A stretch of 64,000 bases of DNA, taken from the NCBI GenBank assembly GCA_030390025.1, contig CM059432.1:109990001-110054000 (forward strand), written 5' to 3'. The stretch comes from Squalus acanthias. Its lineage: Eukaryota. How positions within the stretch are numbered: the first letter of the stretch is position 1; the number at the start of each line of letters is the position of its first letter. Both the position numbers and the translations under genes were made by a program. A model generated the notes under the pieces. The model did not search any database. It worked only from the letters and a program-made list of their open reading frames with translations, and was not told where the DNA came from. This document shows positions 1 through 12,009 of this stretch, piece by piece.

Positions 1-1822
1 TGGCTGGATTTAAAACCGAACATCTTTGAATTAGGAGATTAGGGTTAGACAGCAATTCAACCTCATATTTACTGCTACGGGCTGATGTCAGGTGTTGAGT
101 GGCGCATTTTGTTAATAGTATCTCAACTGAATGTGGCACCAATAAAATAGTCCGGTGATTGAGCGTGATGCCTTGAGCTTGTTGCACAGCATAATAGGCA
201 GTGGCTAGAATTGGCAGACATCCGGGCAGGCCGCATGCAACGGGATCCAATTGGGTACTAAAATAAGCTAAAGGTCTCTGTTTATCACCCTGGGTTTGAG
301 TCAAAACGGATTGAGCAAAGCCCGATTTATAGTGGACAAACAGATTGAACTGTTTCTGATAGTCTGGCAGTCCTAATGCTGGAGCAGATATAAGGGCTTG
401 CTTAATATTTTCAAAGGCGTCCGTTGCCTTCTGATCCCAAGCAAGAGGATCTTCCTTGGTGGGCATGGAGATATCAAGTAATGGGCACACCAGGTCTGAA
501 TACCCCAGGATCCATTGTCTACAGTATCCTGACATGCCAAGAAAATGTTTTAATTGCCGTTTAGTGGTAGGTAATGGTGCTTCACAAATTGCTTTGATTC
601 TTCTCTGTGATAGGCAGCAGCTATCCCCACGGAGTTCATGTCCTAAATACTGTACTTTCTCTGACACGAACTGCATCTTAGAACATGATACTTTATGTCC
701 CTTTGCTGCCAAGGCATGGAGCATAATAAGCGAATCAGTTTGGCATGACTGTTTATCAGGTGAAGCTATCAGCAAATCATCAACATATTGAATAAGTGTG
801 GACCCTCCAGTGAAGAGAATATCCTCTAAATCACGCTTGAGGCTTTGAGAAAAGATTGTGGGACTCTCTGTGTAACCTTGTGGCAGCCTTGTCCATGTGT
901 ACTGTGTTCCTTTAAATGTGAAAGCAAATAGGAACTGTGAATCTTGGTGGATAGGGATACTGAAGAAGGCTGAACATAAATTGATGACGGTGTAATACCT
1001 TGATCCAGAGGGAATACTAGTTAAAATGGCAGCCGGATTTGGCACAATTGGGTAGACTGGTAGTACTAATTCATTAACCGCTCTGAGATCTTGCACTAGT
1101 CTCCATTTCCCACTTTCCTTCTTTTCAACTGGCAAAATTGGAGTGTTACATGGGCTCCAAGTTGGAATGATTATTCCTTGCTTTAGCAAAGAGTTAATGA
1201 CAGGCTGAATTCCTTGTTCAGCTGCTACTGAAAGCGGGTACTGAGATCTTCGGGGCAATCGGCCGGATGGTCTTAATGTAACTTTATATGGCTGAGCAGT
1301 TAGCATTTTGCCAACCTCGTTTGAATGACTAGACCATATTTGTGGCGGAATTTGATCAAGCAGTTGCTTCATTTCCCGTGAGATAATTGGGGGGAAATAT
1401 TCTTGTAAAGGACACATAGTGCATCTATCAATAGGGACATACACCTGTAGTCCCTTTTCTGAACAAATTATTGTTGCTTGCATTTTGCATAGCAAATCTC
1501 TCCCTAAAAGGTTCATAGGAGCATCGTCTGATAGGAGAAAGGCATATTGGCCAGAGAAATTGTCTGCTTGTATTGCTAATGGCTGTGACCATATCATAGT
1601 CTGTGAGACGCCAGAAAGTCCTACACATGTGACATTCTTTTCTGTACATGGGGTTCCTCTAGCATATTGCTTTGTTAATAGTGAGTTTGTGGCACCTGTG
1701 TCAACGAGAAAAGGAACTCTCTTGCCCTGCATTTCTATGGATAAATATGGCTCATCTTTAGAATTTACTGATACTGAAGGTAATTGAAGTATGTGGGTAA
1801 CGTTTGGGGCTGTGTCTTTGCG
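1..1822 (-). CDS. pol: Class I (epsilon/gamma-like) ERV pro-pol: aspartic protease and reverse transcriptase, running off the window edge
   Basis: Manual translation after the gag TGA gives RKDTAPNV...RVPFLVDTGATNSL (protease), later YTVINLCSAFFSIP, WTRLPQGYTESPTIFSQ and LIQYVDDLLIA. DTG, the first RT motif (980-982) and YVDD (787-776) are in the same frame. Probably absent from the ORF track because it has no stop before position 1. Confidence 0.93.
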
Positions 1823-3489
1823 TCACGCTGAATAATTTTGCTCTGGGGGCGGGAGGGATCCAATTTGTCCTTCCATATTTTGACCTCCCCAAGGGTTCCC
1901 GGTTGTAAAACCTGCCTGCGGACGAGTGTAAGCCTGGGCTTGGGTATTTACATTGTTTGGTGCACCTCCCCAGCCTTGATGTTGCTGCTTGAGGAACGGG
2001 CAGTTAGCCTTCCAGTGTCCCATTTGGCCACAGTTAAAACATGAAGAGTTTGCGCCTCCTCCGTTCCACTGGCCTCTGCCTGTCCCTCCTCTACCTGCTC
2101 CCCTAAATCTGCCTCTGTTATACCTTTTGCCTCGTCCTCTGTATTGACCTTGATAATAGATGGTATTTTGGGCCGTCGGTGTTGCGGAAGCTGCTTGCTC
2201 CATTAAGAGGGAAACTTTATTCTTTTGTTCCCTATTTCTCTCCTGAATTCCTTTCAAAATCTGTGTCAATTCAGGAGTTGTTTTATGTCTCCAATCTAGA
2301 CAGACTAAAGTCAGTGGTTCTTTAAGTTCTGTTCTGAGACCATTTACGAGGGCATTGATTAAAGGAATCTGATAATTTTCTTTGGTCATTCCGGAATGTT
2401 GCCCCATAATTGCTTCTATTCTTTCTATATAATCCTCAACATCTTCATCCTTTTTCTGAGTTGTCTCAATTATTTTTGTCCAATTTATTCTCTTTAGGAA
2501 TTCAATATGCATTACTCTATAGAATTCTGTCCAGAATTGATCCTCTGGTAGTGTTTCTGGATTCCAGTCATGATTCATTCTATGATCATCAATATTTCTA
2601 AAACTATCTTCGCCTTCTGTTAAAAGGCGGTATTTGGAATCCTTTAACCAAGCTCTGAGTAGCTGGTCAACGTCCACAATAGTGGGCTGATGGCAAATAA
2701 TGGTGCTTTTGAGCTCACTAATTGCTTTTTCTAAATCCTCTGAGGGGTTTGGTAATTCGTGGATTATTGTCCGTAGCTCGGAAGCTGTCCATGGGCGATG
2801 GACAACAACCGGATCTCCGTCTTTATCGTGGACGTTGGGGAAATGTCTGAGTGGTTGGAAAGAGAGAGTTTCTTGACCCTGTTCTTGGTTTTGCTGAAGT
2901 ACAGACTGGGATCTGGTAATTGGTCTTTGTACTCCGTTAACGGTGGCACGATCTGGGCTGGACCCCTGATCTCTATCTTGGAGGTCAGGATCTCCACTAG
3001 CCACCGCATCCTGTAGTTGATCTACATATGCGGGAGGTCTTCTGTACCATCCCTGATCCTCGTCATCACTTGAGTGAGACGTGGGTAAAGGAGGGTAAAC
3101 AGAGGTAGGAGAGGTAGGCTTCGGGGTTCGTCTTAAAGTCATTTGTCTAACTTCATCTTGTTTAGCCAATTTACTCACGGGGTCTTTTCTCTATTTTTAA
3201 TGTCAGATCTACTGGCTTGTGTACTACAGTCCTTACGCCTTTCTGCTTCCTTTTTCCAGTCTGAAAAGGCTGACCAATTTACTGACTTTTTACCTCTTCT
3301 TTGTGGGTCTCTATTTGCGAGACAGTCCTCTGGACATGTAATTCTGTATAGGTTAAAAGTTCCATCAATAGGGAACGGGTATTTGTCATTCTTGGTCCAT
3401 TTAGACCAATCAGATGTCCGACCACAGTTCTGGAAGATGTAAAAGGCTGGAGTTCCTTTTTCTGGGGTCTTACTCTGCGAAGTTCCCAT
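1823..3489 (-). pseudogene. gag: ERV gag with one frameshift near 3178-3192
   Basis: ORF 3175..3489 starts MGTSQSK (myristoylation-type) and contains FPIDGTF (class I matrix-like). ORF 1823..3178 has a PPAY late domain, HRPWT capsid start, MHR-like QKKDEDVEDYIER and a single CCHC knuckle CFNCGQMGHWKANC. Confidence 0.92.
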
Positions 3490-4637
3490 CTTAGCAAAAT
3501 TTTAGGCTAAAGCTTATCTTTTGTAAAACAATTAACAAACTTAAACCAGTCTTCAAAGAGTTAAACCACTTTTAGTTCTCTGTACAAAAGAGTGGGTGGA
3601 GCTAACACATAAACAAAATAACAGACACCCTTTTTTTTAGGCAGAATTTTTTTTCCCAGGGACAAAATAATACTGTAACTTAACAAACTTAAACATTCAC
3701 ACAATCAGGAATCTTTCACACTTTTCATACACACTTTCACACAACTGAAATCCCAGTATTCCTTTTAAGATTCCTTTCACTCAACAAATCTTGTATATAT
3801 TAGCCTTTATCTCAGCACAGACATTAATAACTTCCATGCCGGTAAAACTTTAAAGTTTTTTTTTCTACATTGATGTCTCGGCAGCTTTCCAAATCTTTTT
3901 TTTTGAGTTTCAGATTTCAATGTCGGTAAAGTTATACTAGGCACTCTCCTTCTAAATCGCAAGTTTTACCCTTTACCCCCTTACGATTATTTCTGACCAT
4001 CCAATTCTATTACAAGACAATAACAAGAACTAACAACAATCAAGACAATTATAAGTAATGCAAAAAGCCCAAATAGGCAAACAAATCAAATAATTAAACA
4101 TTTAATCTTATACTTTAAACTAAACAAATAGTCAATTCTCAGTTTTGCATTGTTCTTCACTACAAACGGAGTCCTTAACATTTAACTTATACACTATACT
4201 CTGCCGCGAGATTCTCAGTTATCTTTTCACGGCTCAAGGGACCCACCCTCGAGACTGCAGTTTTAATCTCTTAGCGCTAACATAACCTGGTACCTTTTAT
4301 ACTGCAGTTTTCGCAGCTCAAGGGACCCACCCTTGAGACTGCAGTTTTAATCAGTCCGGGATACAAACCTGTCGACTTTTTCCCTTGCCTTCTTTGCCCG
4401 ATAGTTTTGAAACTTCCTCCCCCTTTTTTTAAATAAAATCAAAAGCTACAAGATTCAACTCAAATCTAAACAAGTCTTAACAATCGCAGTACTACTGTCG
4501 GAAGAAACAGACCCACATCATTCAGGATCTAATGAGAAATCCTTTTTTTTTGTGATAAAACATCACTGTGGCCATAGGATTTGTCATTAGAAATTCATGA
4601 TGTCTTTTGTCCGTGACTTACCGAAAGGTAGCAAGCG

Positions 4638-4655
4638 ATCTCGGTGGAACCTCCA
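4638..4655 (-). promoter_or_regulatory. Primer-binding site complementary to the tRNA-Gln 3' end
   Basis: Minus strand reads TGGAGGTTCCACCGAGAT, the complement of the vertebrate tRNA-Gln 3' end ATCTCGGTGGAACCTCCA (recalled sequence). A splice-donor-like GGTAAGT follows at about 4622-4616. Confidence 0.9.
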
Positions 4656-4663
4656 AGAAATAC

Positions 4664-5167
4664 TGTCGAAGTTTCGACTTCCGAGTAAGACTCTTGTAAA
4701 CAATATCGTCAAAGAAGGCTTTTTATTATATTTTACTTGCAAGGAGAATGCATCATAGCCCAATTAGCTATGATGACAGACTGCAGAATCACAGAAAATG
4801 GAGTATTCTTATACACTGATAATATCACATGACATGTTGTTTAAGGTAAGCTAAGTTAAAAATAAAAAAAACACATACGAAATGCCTTACGGTGAAACTA
4901 ACTAATCCCTAGAAAATGGAGTCTATCTATCTTGTTCTTTTCTCACCAAGGCCAAGGCTCTGGTTGTTTACTTTACTAGCCCTTGGTTATCTCAATTTAA
5001 GCCTGTTTTCTTTTGTGTTGGCAGACTTTTGCTGACAGCATAGTCTAAAACTTTAAATTTATTTTCACGAAAAACATAACAATGGATTTTTTCTTTGCTT
5101 TCCAAACAAGTCAAAGTCGGCCATTTTATATCAGTTTAAATTCAAGGAAGCCATTTTGTCCGAGACA
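4664..5167 (-). mobile_element. 5' LTR of the class I ERV (about 504 bp)
   Basis: Minus strand begins TGTC(TCGG) at 5167 and ends (TTC)GACA at 4664, 8 nt before the PBS. TATAAG at about 4810 and AATAAA at 4722-4727 are in the expected order. The outer boundary is inferred from the TGTC/GACA inverted repeat. Confidence 0.75.
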
Positions 5168-5176
5168 AAAACTGCA

Positions 5177-7159
5177 CTTCCACACTACCCGTTTACTATT
5201 TATATGCCTACAGAAGACTTTTGGATTCCCTTTTATGTTAGCTGCCAATCTATTCTCATACTCTCTCTTTGCCCCTCTTATTTCCTTTTTCACTTCCCCT
5301 CTAAACTTTCTATATTCAGCCTAGTTCTCACTTGTTTTCTCAACCTGACATCTGTCATACGCCCCCTTTTTCTGCTTCATCTTACTCTCTCATCTCTTTC
5401 GTCATCCAGGGAGCTCTGGCTTTGGTTGCCCTACTTTTCCACCTCATGGGAATGTACCTCGACTATACCCGAACCATCTCCTCTTTAAAGGCAGCCCATT
5501 GTTCAATTACAGTTTTGCCTGCCAATCTTTGATGCCAATTTACCAGGGCCAGATCCATTCTCAACCCACTGAAATTGGCTTTCCTCCAATTAAGTATTTT
5601 TACTCTGGATTGCTCCCTGTCCTTTCCATAGCTTGTCTAAACCTTATGATACTATGATCACTGATCCCTAAATGTTCCCCTACTGACACTTGCTCTACTT
5701 GACCCACCTCATTCCCCAGAACCAGATCCAGCACCGTCTCTTTCCTCGTTGGGCCAGAAATGCACTGATCAAGAAAGTTCTCTTGAACACACTTCAGAAA
5801 TTCTTCCCCTTCTCTACCCTTTATACTATTACTATCCCAGTCTGTATTAGGATAGTTGAAGTCCCCCATTATCACTACTCTATAGTTATTGCACCTCTCT
5901 GTAATTTCCCTGCAAATTTGCTCTTCCATATCCTTCTCACTCGTTGGTGGCCTATAGAATACACCTCTATTGTTTCTCAACTCTAACCAAATAAATTCTG
6001 TCCTTGACCCTTCCAGGACATCCTCTCTCCAGCACTGTAATATTCTGCTTAATCAATACTGCCACCCCACCTCCTTTCTTTCCTTCCCTATCTTTCCTGA
6101 ACACCTTATATCCAGGAATATTTAGTACCCAATCCTGCCCTTTTTTGAGCCAGGTCTCTGTTATCGCCAGGACATCATATTCCCATGTGTCTATTTGCGC
6201 CTGCAGCTCACCAACCTTATTTACCACACTTCGTGCATTCACACATATGCACTATAAACCTATCTTAGACCTTCTTGTATTCTCTCTTAGTCTGACTCCA
6301 CCTAATACCATACTATTTCTTACTCTACTGCTATCTGTCTATCCCAATCCTTTGTGCACTATGTTTCTCCTTTCTAATGCTACATCCTGGTGCCCATCCC
6401 CCTGCCAAATTAGTTTAAACCCTCCCCAACAGCATTAGCAAACTGCCCCGCGAGGACATTGGTCCCAGCTCTGTTGAGGTGCAACCCGTCCGGCCTGCAC
6501 AGGTCCCACCTCCCCCAGAACCAGTGCCAATGTCCCAGGCATCCAAAGCCCTCCCTCCTGCACCATCTCTCCAGCCACGCATTCATCTGCTCTTTCCTCC
6601 TATTTCTATACTCACTAGCTCGTGGCACCAGCAATAATCCGGAGATTACTACCTTTGAGGCCCTGCTTTTTAATCTCTTTCCTAGCGCCCTAAAATCTGC
6701 CTGCAGGACCTCATCCCTCTTTCTACCTCTGTTGTTGATACCGATATGGACCACAACCTCCGGTTTGTTCACTCTCCCCCCTCAGAATGTTCTGCAGCCG
6801 CTCAGTGACATCCTTGACCCTGGCACCAGGGAGGCAACATACCATCCTGGAATCACGTCTGCAGCCGCAGAAACGCCTGTCTGTTCCCCTAACTATTGAA
6901 TCTTCTATCACTATTGCTTTTCCAATCTTCCTCCTTCACCTCTGTACAGCTGAGCCACCTGTGGTGCCATGGATTTGGCTCTGGCTGTACTCCCCAGAGG
7001 AACCATCGCCTTGAATATTGAATACTGGTTGGAGAGCAAGATGCACTCCTGCACTACCTGCCTGGTCCTCCTTGTCTGTCTGTCGGTCACCCATTCCCTC
7101 TCTGCCTGCACACTCTTACACTGCGGGGTAACCACCTTCCGAAACATGCTATCCACGTA
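5177..7159 (-). mobile_element. CR1 LINE, inverted 5' segment (ORF1 SGNH-esterase region and ORF2 endonuclease), degraded
   Basis: ORF fragments DSIVRGTDRRFCG, VVVHIGINN and DGLHLNRAG (ORF1), and NARSVVNK, AITETWL, YRPP, MGDFNYP and SDH (APE endonuclease). Confidence 0.9.
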
Positions 7160-7791
7160 GCTACTGGATGCTGGATGAGATAAAAATTGATAAGGAAGAG
7201 GTACTAGAAAGGCTGGCTGTACTTAAAAGTAGATAAATCACCAGGACCGGATGGGATGCATCCTAGGATGCTGAGGGAAGTAAAGGTGGAAATTGTGAAG
7301 GTACTGGCCATAATCTTCCAATCCTCCTTGGATACGGGGCTGGTGCCAGAGGACTGGAAAATTGCAAATGTTACACCCTTGTTCAAAAAAGGGTGTAAGG
7401 ATAAACCCAGCAACTACAGGCCAGTCAGTTTAACCTCGGTAGTGGGGAAGCTTTTAGGAACAATAATCCTGGAGAAAATTAACAGTCACTTGGACAAGTA
7501 TGGATTAATTAAGGAAAGCCAGCATGGATTTGTTAAAGGCAAATTGTGTTTAACTAACTTGATTGAGTTTCTTGATGAGGTAACAGAGGATTGATGAGGG
7601 CAATGTGGTTGATGTGGTGTACATGGACTTCCAAAAAGCGTTTGATAAAGTGCCACATATTAGGTTTGCCAGCAAAGTTGAAGCCCATGGAATAAAAGGG
7701 ACAGTGGCAGCATGGATATGAAATTGGCTAAATGACAGGAAACAGAGAGTATGGTGAATGGTTGTTTTTTGGACTGGAGGAAGGTATACTG

Positions 7792-8560
7792 TGGGGCTGG
7801 ATTTTGCCAATGGGGAGCTTTTGGAGGCGGGACTCCCACTTGTCGAGTTTCAGTCCCGCCTCCATCAACTTCTGGTCAACCCACGCTATTTTCCCTTGAT
7901 TAACCTTGTTAAGCCCGGCCAATTAAGGGAAAACCGGTTACAGAGAACGTCAATGTATGACGTTTCATCTGTCAAACATTTTTGACAGATGAATTGTCAT
8001 CATTTGACAGCTCTGTGAAGCTGTCAAACACTGACATTCTCTGTAGTTTGATGAGTTCTTGAATTCAAGACCTCATCAAACCTCTTTCTTTTGCAGAAAT
8101 TAGATGCTTGTTGCATTGGAGAATGCAACGGTCATCTGTCATCTCTGCCGCGGAGGTGCGAGACTCTCTGCATACCCACCGATTGAAGCCTGCAGGAAGA
8201 AACAAAGGTCAGTACACTTTTTCTAACACTTTCCACTTACCTCACATACTCACCTCTCCACACTTGCACCCATCACTTACCTTCAGTGCACTTTTGCACC
8301 CCTCCGACCCCCTACTCACCTCGGTGACCCTGGCGGATTTCAGAGCCTTCGGGAATCCTGCACTTGTGTGGGCAAAATGGGGATAATCCTCTTATCTGCC
8401 TGTTAACTACCTGCAGACAGCAGGATTTGACACCTTGGACCCCCTGTGACACATCTCATTGTCTTGGCTGTGCTCTTGGTGTGTCTTTGATGTAAGGACA
8501 CCTTCCCTGAAAGATTGTATCTCTGCAGTTTCTGTGTTTAAATACTGTGAAATATTGTAG
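7792..8560. mobile_element. Non-CR1 insertion, possibly a DNA-transposon-like fragment (starts GGGCTGGATTTTGCC)
   Basis: Abrupt break in CR1 homology at about 7792. The family could not be assigned from sequence alone. Confidence 0.35.
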
Positions 8561-8574
8561 ATTCACTCATTGTA

Positions 8575-8662
8575 ACTTACCTGAGGAAGGGGCGACAGCT
8601 CCGAAAGCTTGTAATTTTAAATAAATCTGTTGGACTATAACCTGGTGTTGTGAGACTTCTCA
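8575..8662 (+). repeat. Penelope-type terminal repeat fragment with a minimal hammerhead-like core
   Basis: CTGAGGA-stem-GAAAGCTT core (palindromic AAGCTT), followed by AATAAA...GTTGGACTATAACCTGGTGTTGTG. Confidence 0.55.
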
Positions 8663-8874
8663 TTTTTGAACCTTTATAAAACACTGGTTCGGCTTCAACT
8701 GGAGTATTGTGTCCAATTCTGGGCACCGCACTTTAGGAAAGATGTGAAGACCTTAGAGAGGGTACAGAAAAGATTTACAAGAATGGTTCCAGGGATGAGG
8801 AACTTACGTGGATAGACTGGAGAAGCTGGGGTTGCTCTCCTTAGAGCAGAGAAGGTTGAGAGAAGATTTGATAG

Positions 8875-10126
8875 TGTAGGCTTCGCAAAATCCCCCAGAA
8901 ACTCGAACAGAACCCTAAGTGAAGTGATTTGAGGTAAAACCCTCAGTTTTGGACATTTTTAAAGATCAGGGAAGAAAAACCCTGGAGGAAAATGACTTTT
9001 TGAATCTTACTGTTGGGAAAGACACCTTTCACAGACACCGACAGGCTGCGGAGGGGCATGGCCAGGCAGTGGACAGCTTTGGGTATTGGGGCCCAATCAA
9101 GCTGTCTGGGAATGTGTTTACACTGCCTTCCTACCAAGGAGGAAGAAACAAACCCAAAAGCCTCACACACACATCGAAATATGAATAATCCAAGACCTCT
9201 TTTGAAATTCCCAGGCCCAAACAGGATACCAGAAGCCTGAAATCAATAAAACATTTAGTACCCCGATTTACTTATCAAAAACCAATCAACCAGGTATCCA
9301 CAGGACAGATTTAAAGCCCGCCAAAAACCTAGGACAATAGGGACAAGATTTGGCGCGTAGATAAAGGCCTTGCCTAAATCGGAAGCTATCAGGATATGTT
9401 TAACACCAAGTTAAAGCCACTGAAACGGACAAGCCCGCCAAAACTAAGACAATGGAATAAACAGGGCTCATTTGAAATCTAAAGGAAACCGTTTTAGTAA
9501 GGGGTTTTGGGCGCGAAAAGGACAGTATAATTGGGGGCCTAATGTCCCAAGACTCACTCTCTCTGGACTCGCTGACAATGCTCGCACAGCTCTCTCTCTC
9601 TCAGCTCTGCTCCAGCAAAGACACCACAAGAGGAGGAGGAGGAAAGAAGGCCAACAACTTCACAAACAGACCAGCACACAAGAAGAAACCAGAGCGACTG
9701 CCTCAGTGACCATCGGACACCTCGCGGCAACAAGGGCCTTACGAAACCTTTTACTCAAAAGACTCTAAACCTTAACTCTCAACTGTCAAGGATTCGTTTG
9801 GTGAGCATTATCCCTGATCTCCTGAATCCAAAACCTAGCTAGATAGTGGGATTTTTGGGAAGGATAAGGTTTTTTTTTGGTATATTGTCATTCTCCCTCG
9901 CCTGTACCGTGTGTATTCCAACCTGTGTTTAAGTATTAAGTGTGTTTTAAGTTTGTTACCCTTTTCTTTTAATAAAGTCAGAATTCTTTCATCAGAACCT
10001 GTTGTCTACTGCATCTTTGTTCACAACCCCTCAATAAGTCCAAAGTCTAGGAACCAGGGGCGTGGGAGCGATTCGAACCGCTCACTGAGTCAGAGGTGAA
10101 GGCTGACCCCATTACCACCCCCTACA
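8875..10126 (+). mobile_element. Solo LTR, 1252 bp, inserted in CR1
   Basis: Termini TGTAGG...CCTACA form a 6-bp inverted repeat, with a 4-bp TSD ATAG (8871-8874 and 10127-10130). Removing it restores the CR1 sequence GATTTGATAGAGGTGTTC. TATAA at about 9526 and AATAAA at about 9971. Confidence 0.9.
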
Positions 10127-10969
10127 ATAGAGGTGTTCAAAATCATGAGGGGTCTAGACAGAATAGAGAGAGAGAAACTGTTCCCGTTGGCGGAAGGGTC
10201 GAGAACCAGAGGACACAGATTTAAGGTGACTGGCAGGAAAACCAAAGGTGACATGAGGAAAAACTTCTTTACGCAGTGAGAGGTTAGGATCTGGAATTCA
10301 CTGCCTGAAAGGGTGGTGGAGGCAGATTCAATTGTGGCTTTCAATAGGGAATTGGATAAGTACCTGACGGAAAAGAAATTGCAGGGCTACAGGGAAAAGG
10401 CGGGTGAGTGGGACTAGCTGAAGTGCTCTTGCAGAGAGCCGGCACGGGCTCGATGGGCCTCCTGTGCTGTAACCATTCTATGATTCGGACCAACCAGTCC
10501 GTGTCAGCGTTTACCCTCCATGCGAGCAAACAGTTCTAATCAACCTTTTTTCCATATCCCTTCAGAAAAGATAGAGGAAGCATAGAGGGAAAGAAGATTG
10601 CTTGGAGGATACAGATTCCTAAACTTGGCTGGATAGTTTTTTCCCCTTGTGTAAGTATAAGAGCATCACGCAATCATTAACTGAAAAGTCCAGTTATCAC
10701 AGTCCAGATGATGCTTTGCAAAATAATGGGTGATAATTAGTGTAACTGTTTTTATTTTTGCAATAAAATTCCAATGCCATGTGTCACTCAGAAGGCTCCA
10801 TTGCATGGCCTGCTTGCACAGATACTCCTTTCTTAAAAGGGCATGACTACAAATCCTTGGGCCAGCATTTGTTTCTGCATGGTTGGTATCCAGATATATC
10901 CAGGGGGTGTGTTAGAGACCCACACTGGAAATTACTCAGATGTACCATTATCTTGATGCATCAGCTTGA

Positions 10970-11405
10970 ATAGATTGGTCACTCTTGCCTCTCAGCCAAA
11001 GGTTTGTGGGTTCAAGCCCCACTCCTGGACTCAAGCATATCATCTAGGTTGATTCTCCAGTGCAGTACTGAGGGAGCGTTGCATTGTTGGAGATGCCCAC
11101 TTCAGAGATGTTAAACCAAAGCTCCATATCCCTGTTTAGGGGAGTGGGGGGGGGGGGTCAATAAAGATCCTATAACACTATTACACAAGCAGGGAATTCT
11201 TCTGGTGTATTGGCCAACGTTCCTCCCTCAACCAATACAGTCAGAAAAAAAAAAATCAACTCGTTATTCATTTCTTTGCTGTTTATGGGATGTTGTGCAA
11301 AAAATGCTGCTGTGTTGGGTCACATAATAGTAAATAATTATATTTGAAGTGCTTTGGAATGTTTCTGATAGCTGTGATAGGGCAAAATATGAATACAAGT
11401 CTTTT
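10970..11405 (+). mobile_element. Degenerate tRNA-derived SINE (same family as 17949-18340)
   Basis: B-box GGTTCAAGCCCCACTCC, central CAGTGCAGTACTGAGGGAG, L2-like tail. Confidence 0.7.
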
Positions 11406-12009
11406 TGGCTCATACTTAAAATAAAAACCCTTGGTGGTCTGACAACTCTCAACGAGTTCAGCTCCAGTTGAACAGGATTGGATCTAAGAAAGGAGTCTTG
11501 GGTGCACTGGTTAGAAAGACTCCTGTTATACCGGAGGTACTCAGATACCAGGAAGTCTGTAAGACACTATTGGGTAGCATTATCTGCAAAAAACATATCT
11601 ATGGAAGGTTAGTATTTTGTTCAAAGTCAATTGAAAACCAGATTTTATGCACATGGGAAATGTACACCAATGTTAGTTAGTTACAGACAGACAAACAGAC
11701 ACTTGCATGTAAAATTCTTAGCTACCATGTACCCCTTGCATACCAGATAAGACGAAAAGCCAGAATGGTAGCTTGCCGACCTCAAGGGATTTGGTGCTGT
11801 ATAAATTAAAGCTCGAAATGAAAAAGGTAGCAGCGTCAGATTTAACTTATCCTAGAGCAACAAAAGAAATGGCAACGGTTTTGTATTGATACCCTGATGA
11901 ATACTTTCAATAGATCCTCATGAAGTGGGATAGGGCCAGATGATTGGAGGAAAGCACTTACTGCGATTTTTTTTTAAAAAAGGAACTAAAATCAAATCCT
12001 GGGTACTAC

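Larger units (their letters stand above)
7161..10485 (+). mobile_element. CR1 LINE 3' segment (RT region and 3' UTR), interrupted at about 7792-8670 and at 8875-10126
   Basis: SPGPDGMHPR, NYRPVSLTS and QHGFVKGK..CLTNLIEF (7256..7594); resumes as [16 protein letters not shown] at about 8670-8874; 3' UTR ends ...CCATTCTATGATTC at about 10485. Confidence 0.88.

Noticed and set aside
456..1787. Plus-strand ORFs 456..791 and 1419..1787
   Set aside because: Antisense shadows of the retroviral pol frame with no recognisable motifs.
3175..3195. Programmed frameshift within the class I gag
   Set aside because: No canonical X XXY YYZ slippery heptamer, and Gag is normally a single frame. A post-insertion indel or sequencing error is more likely.
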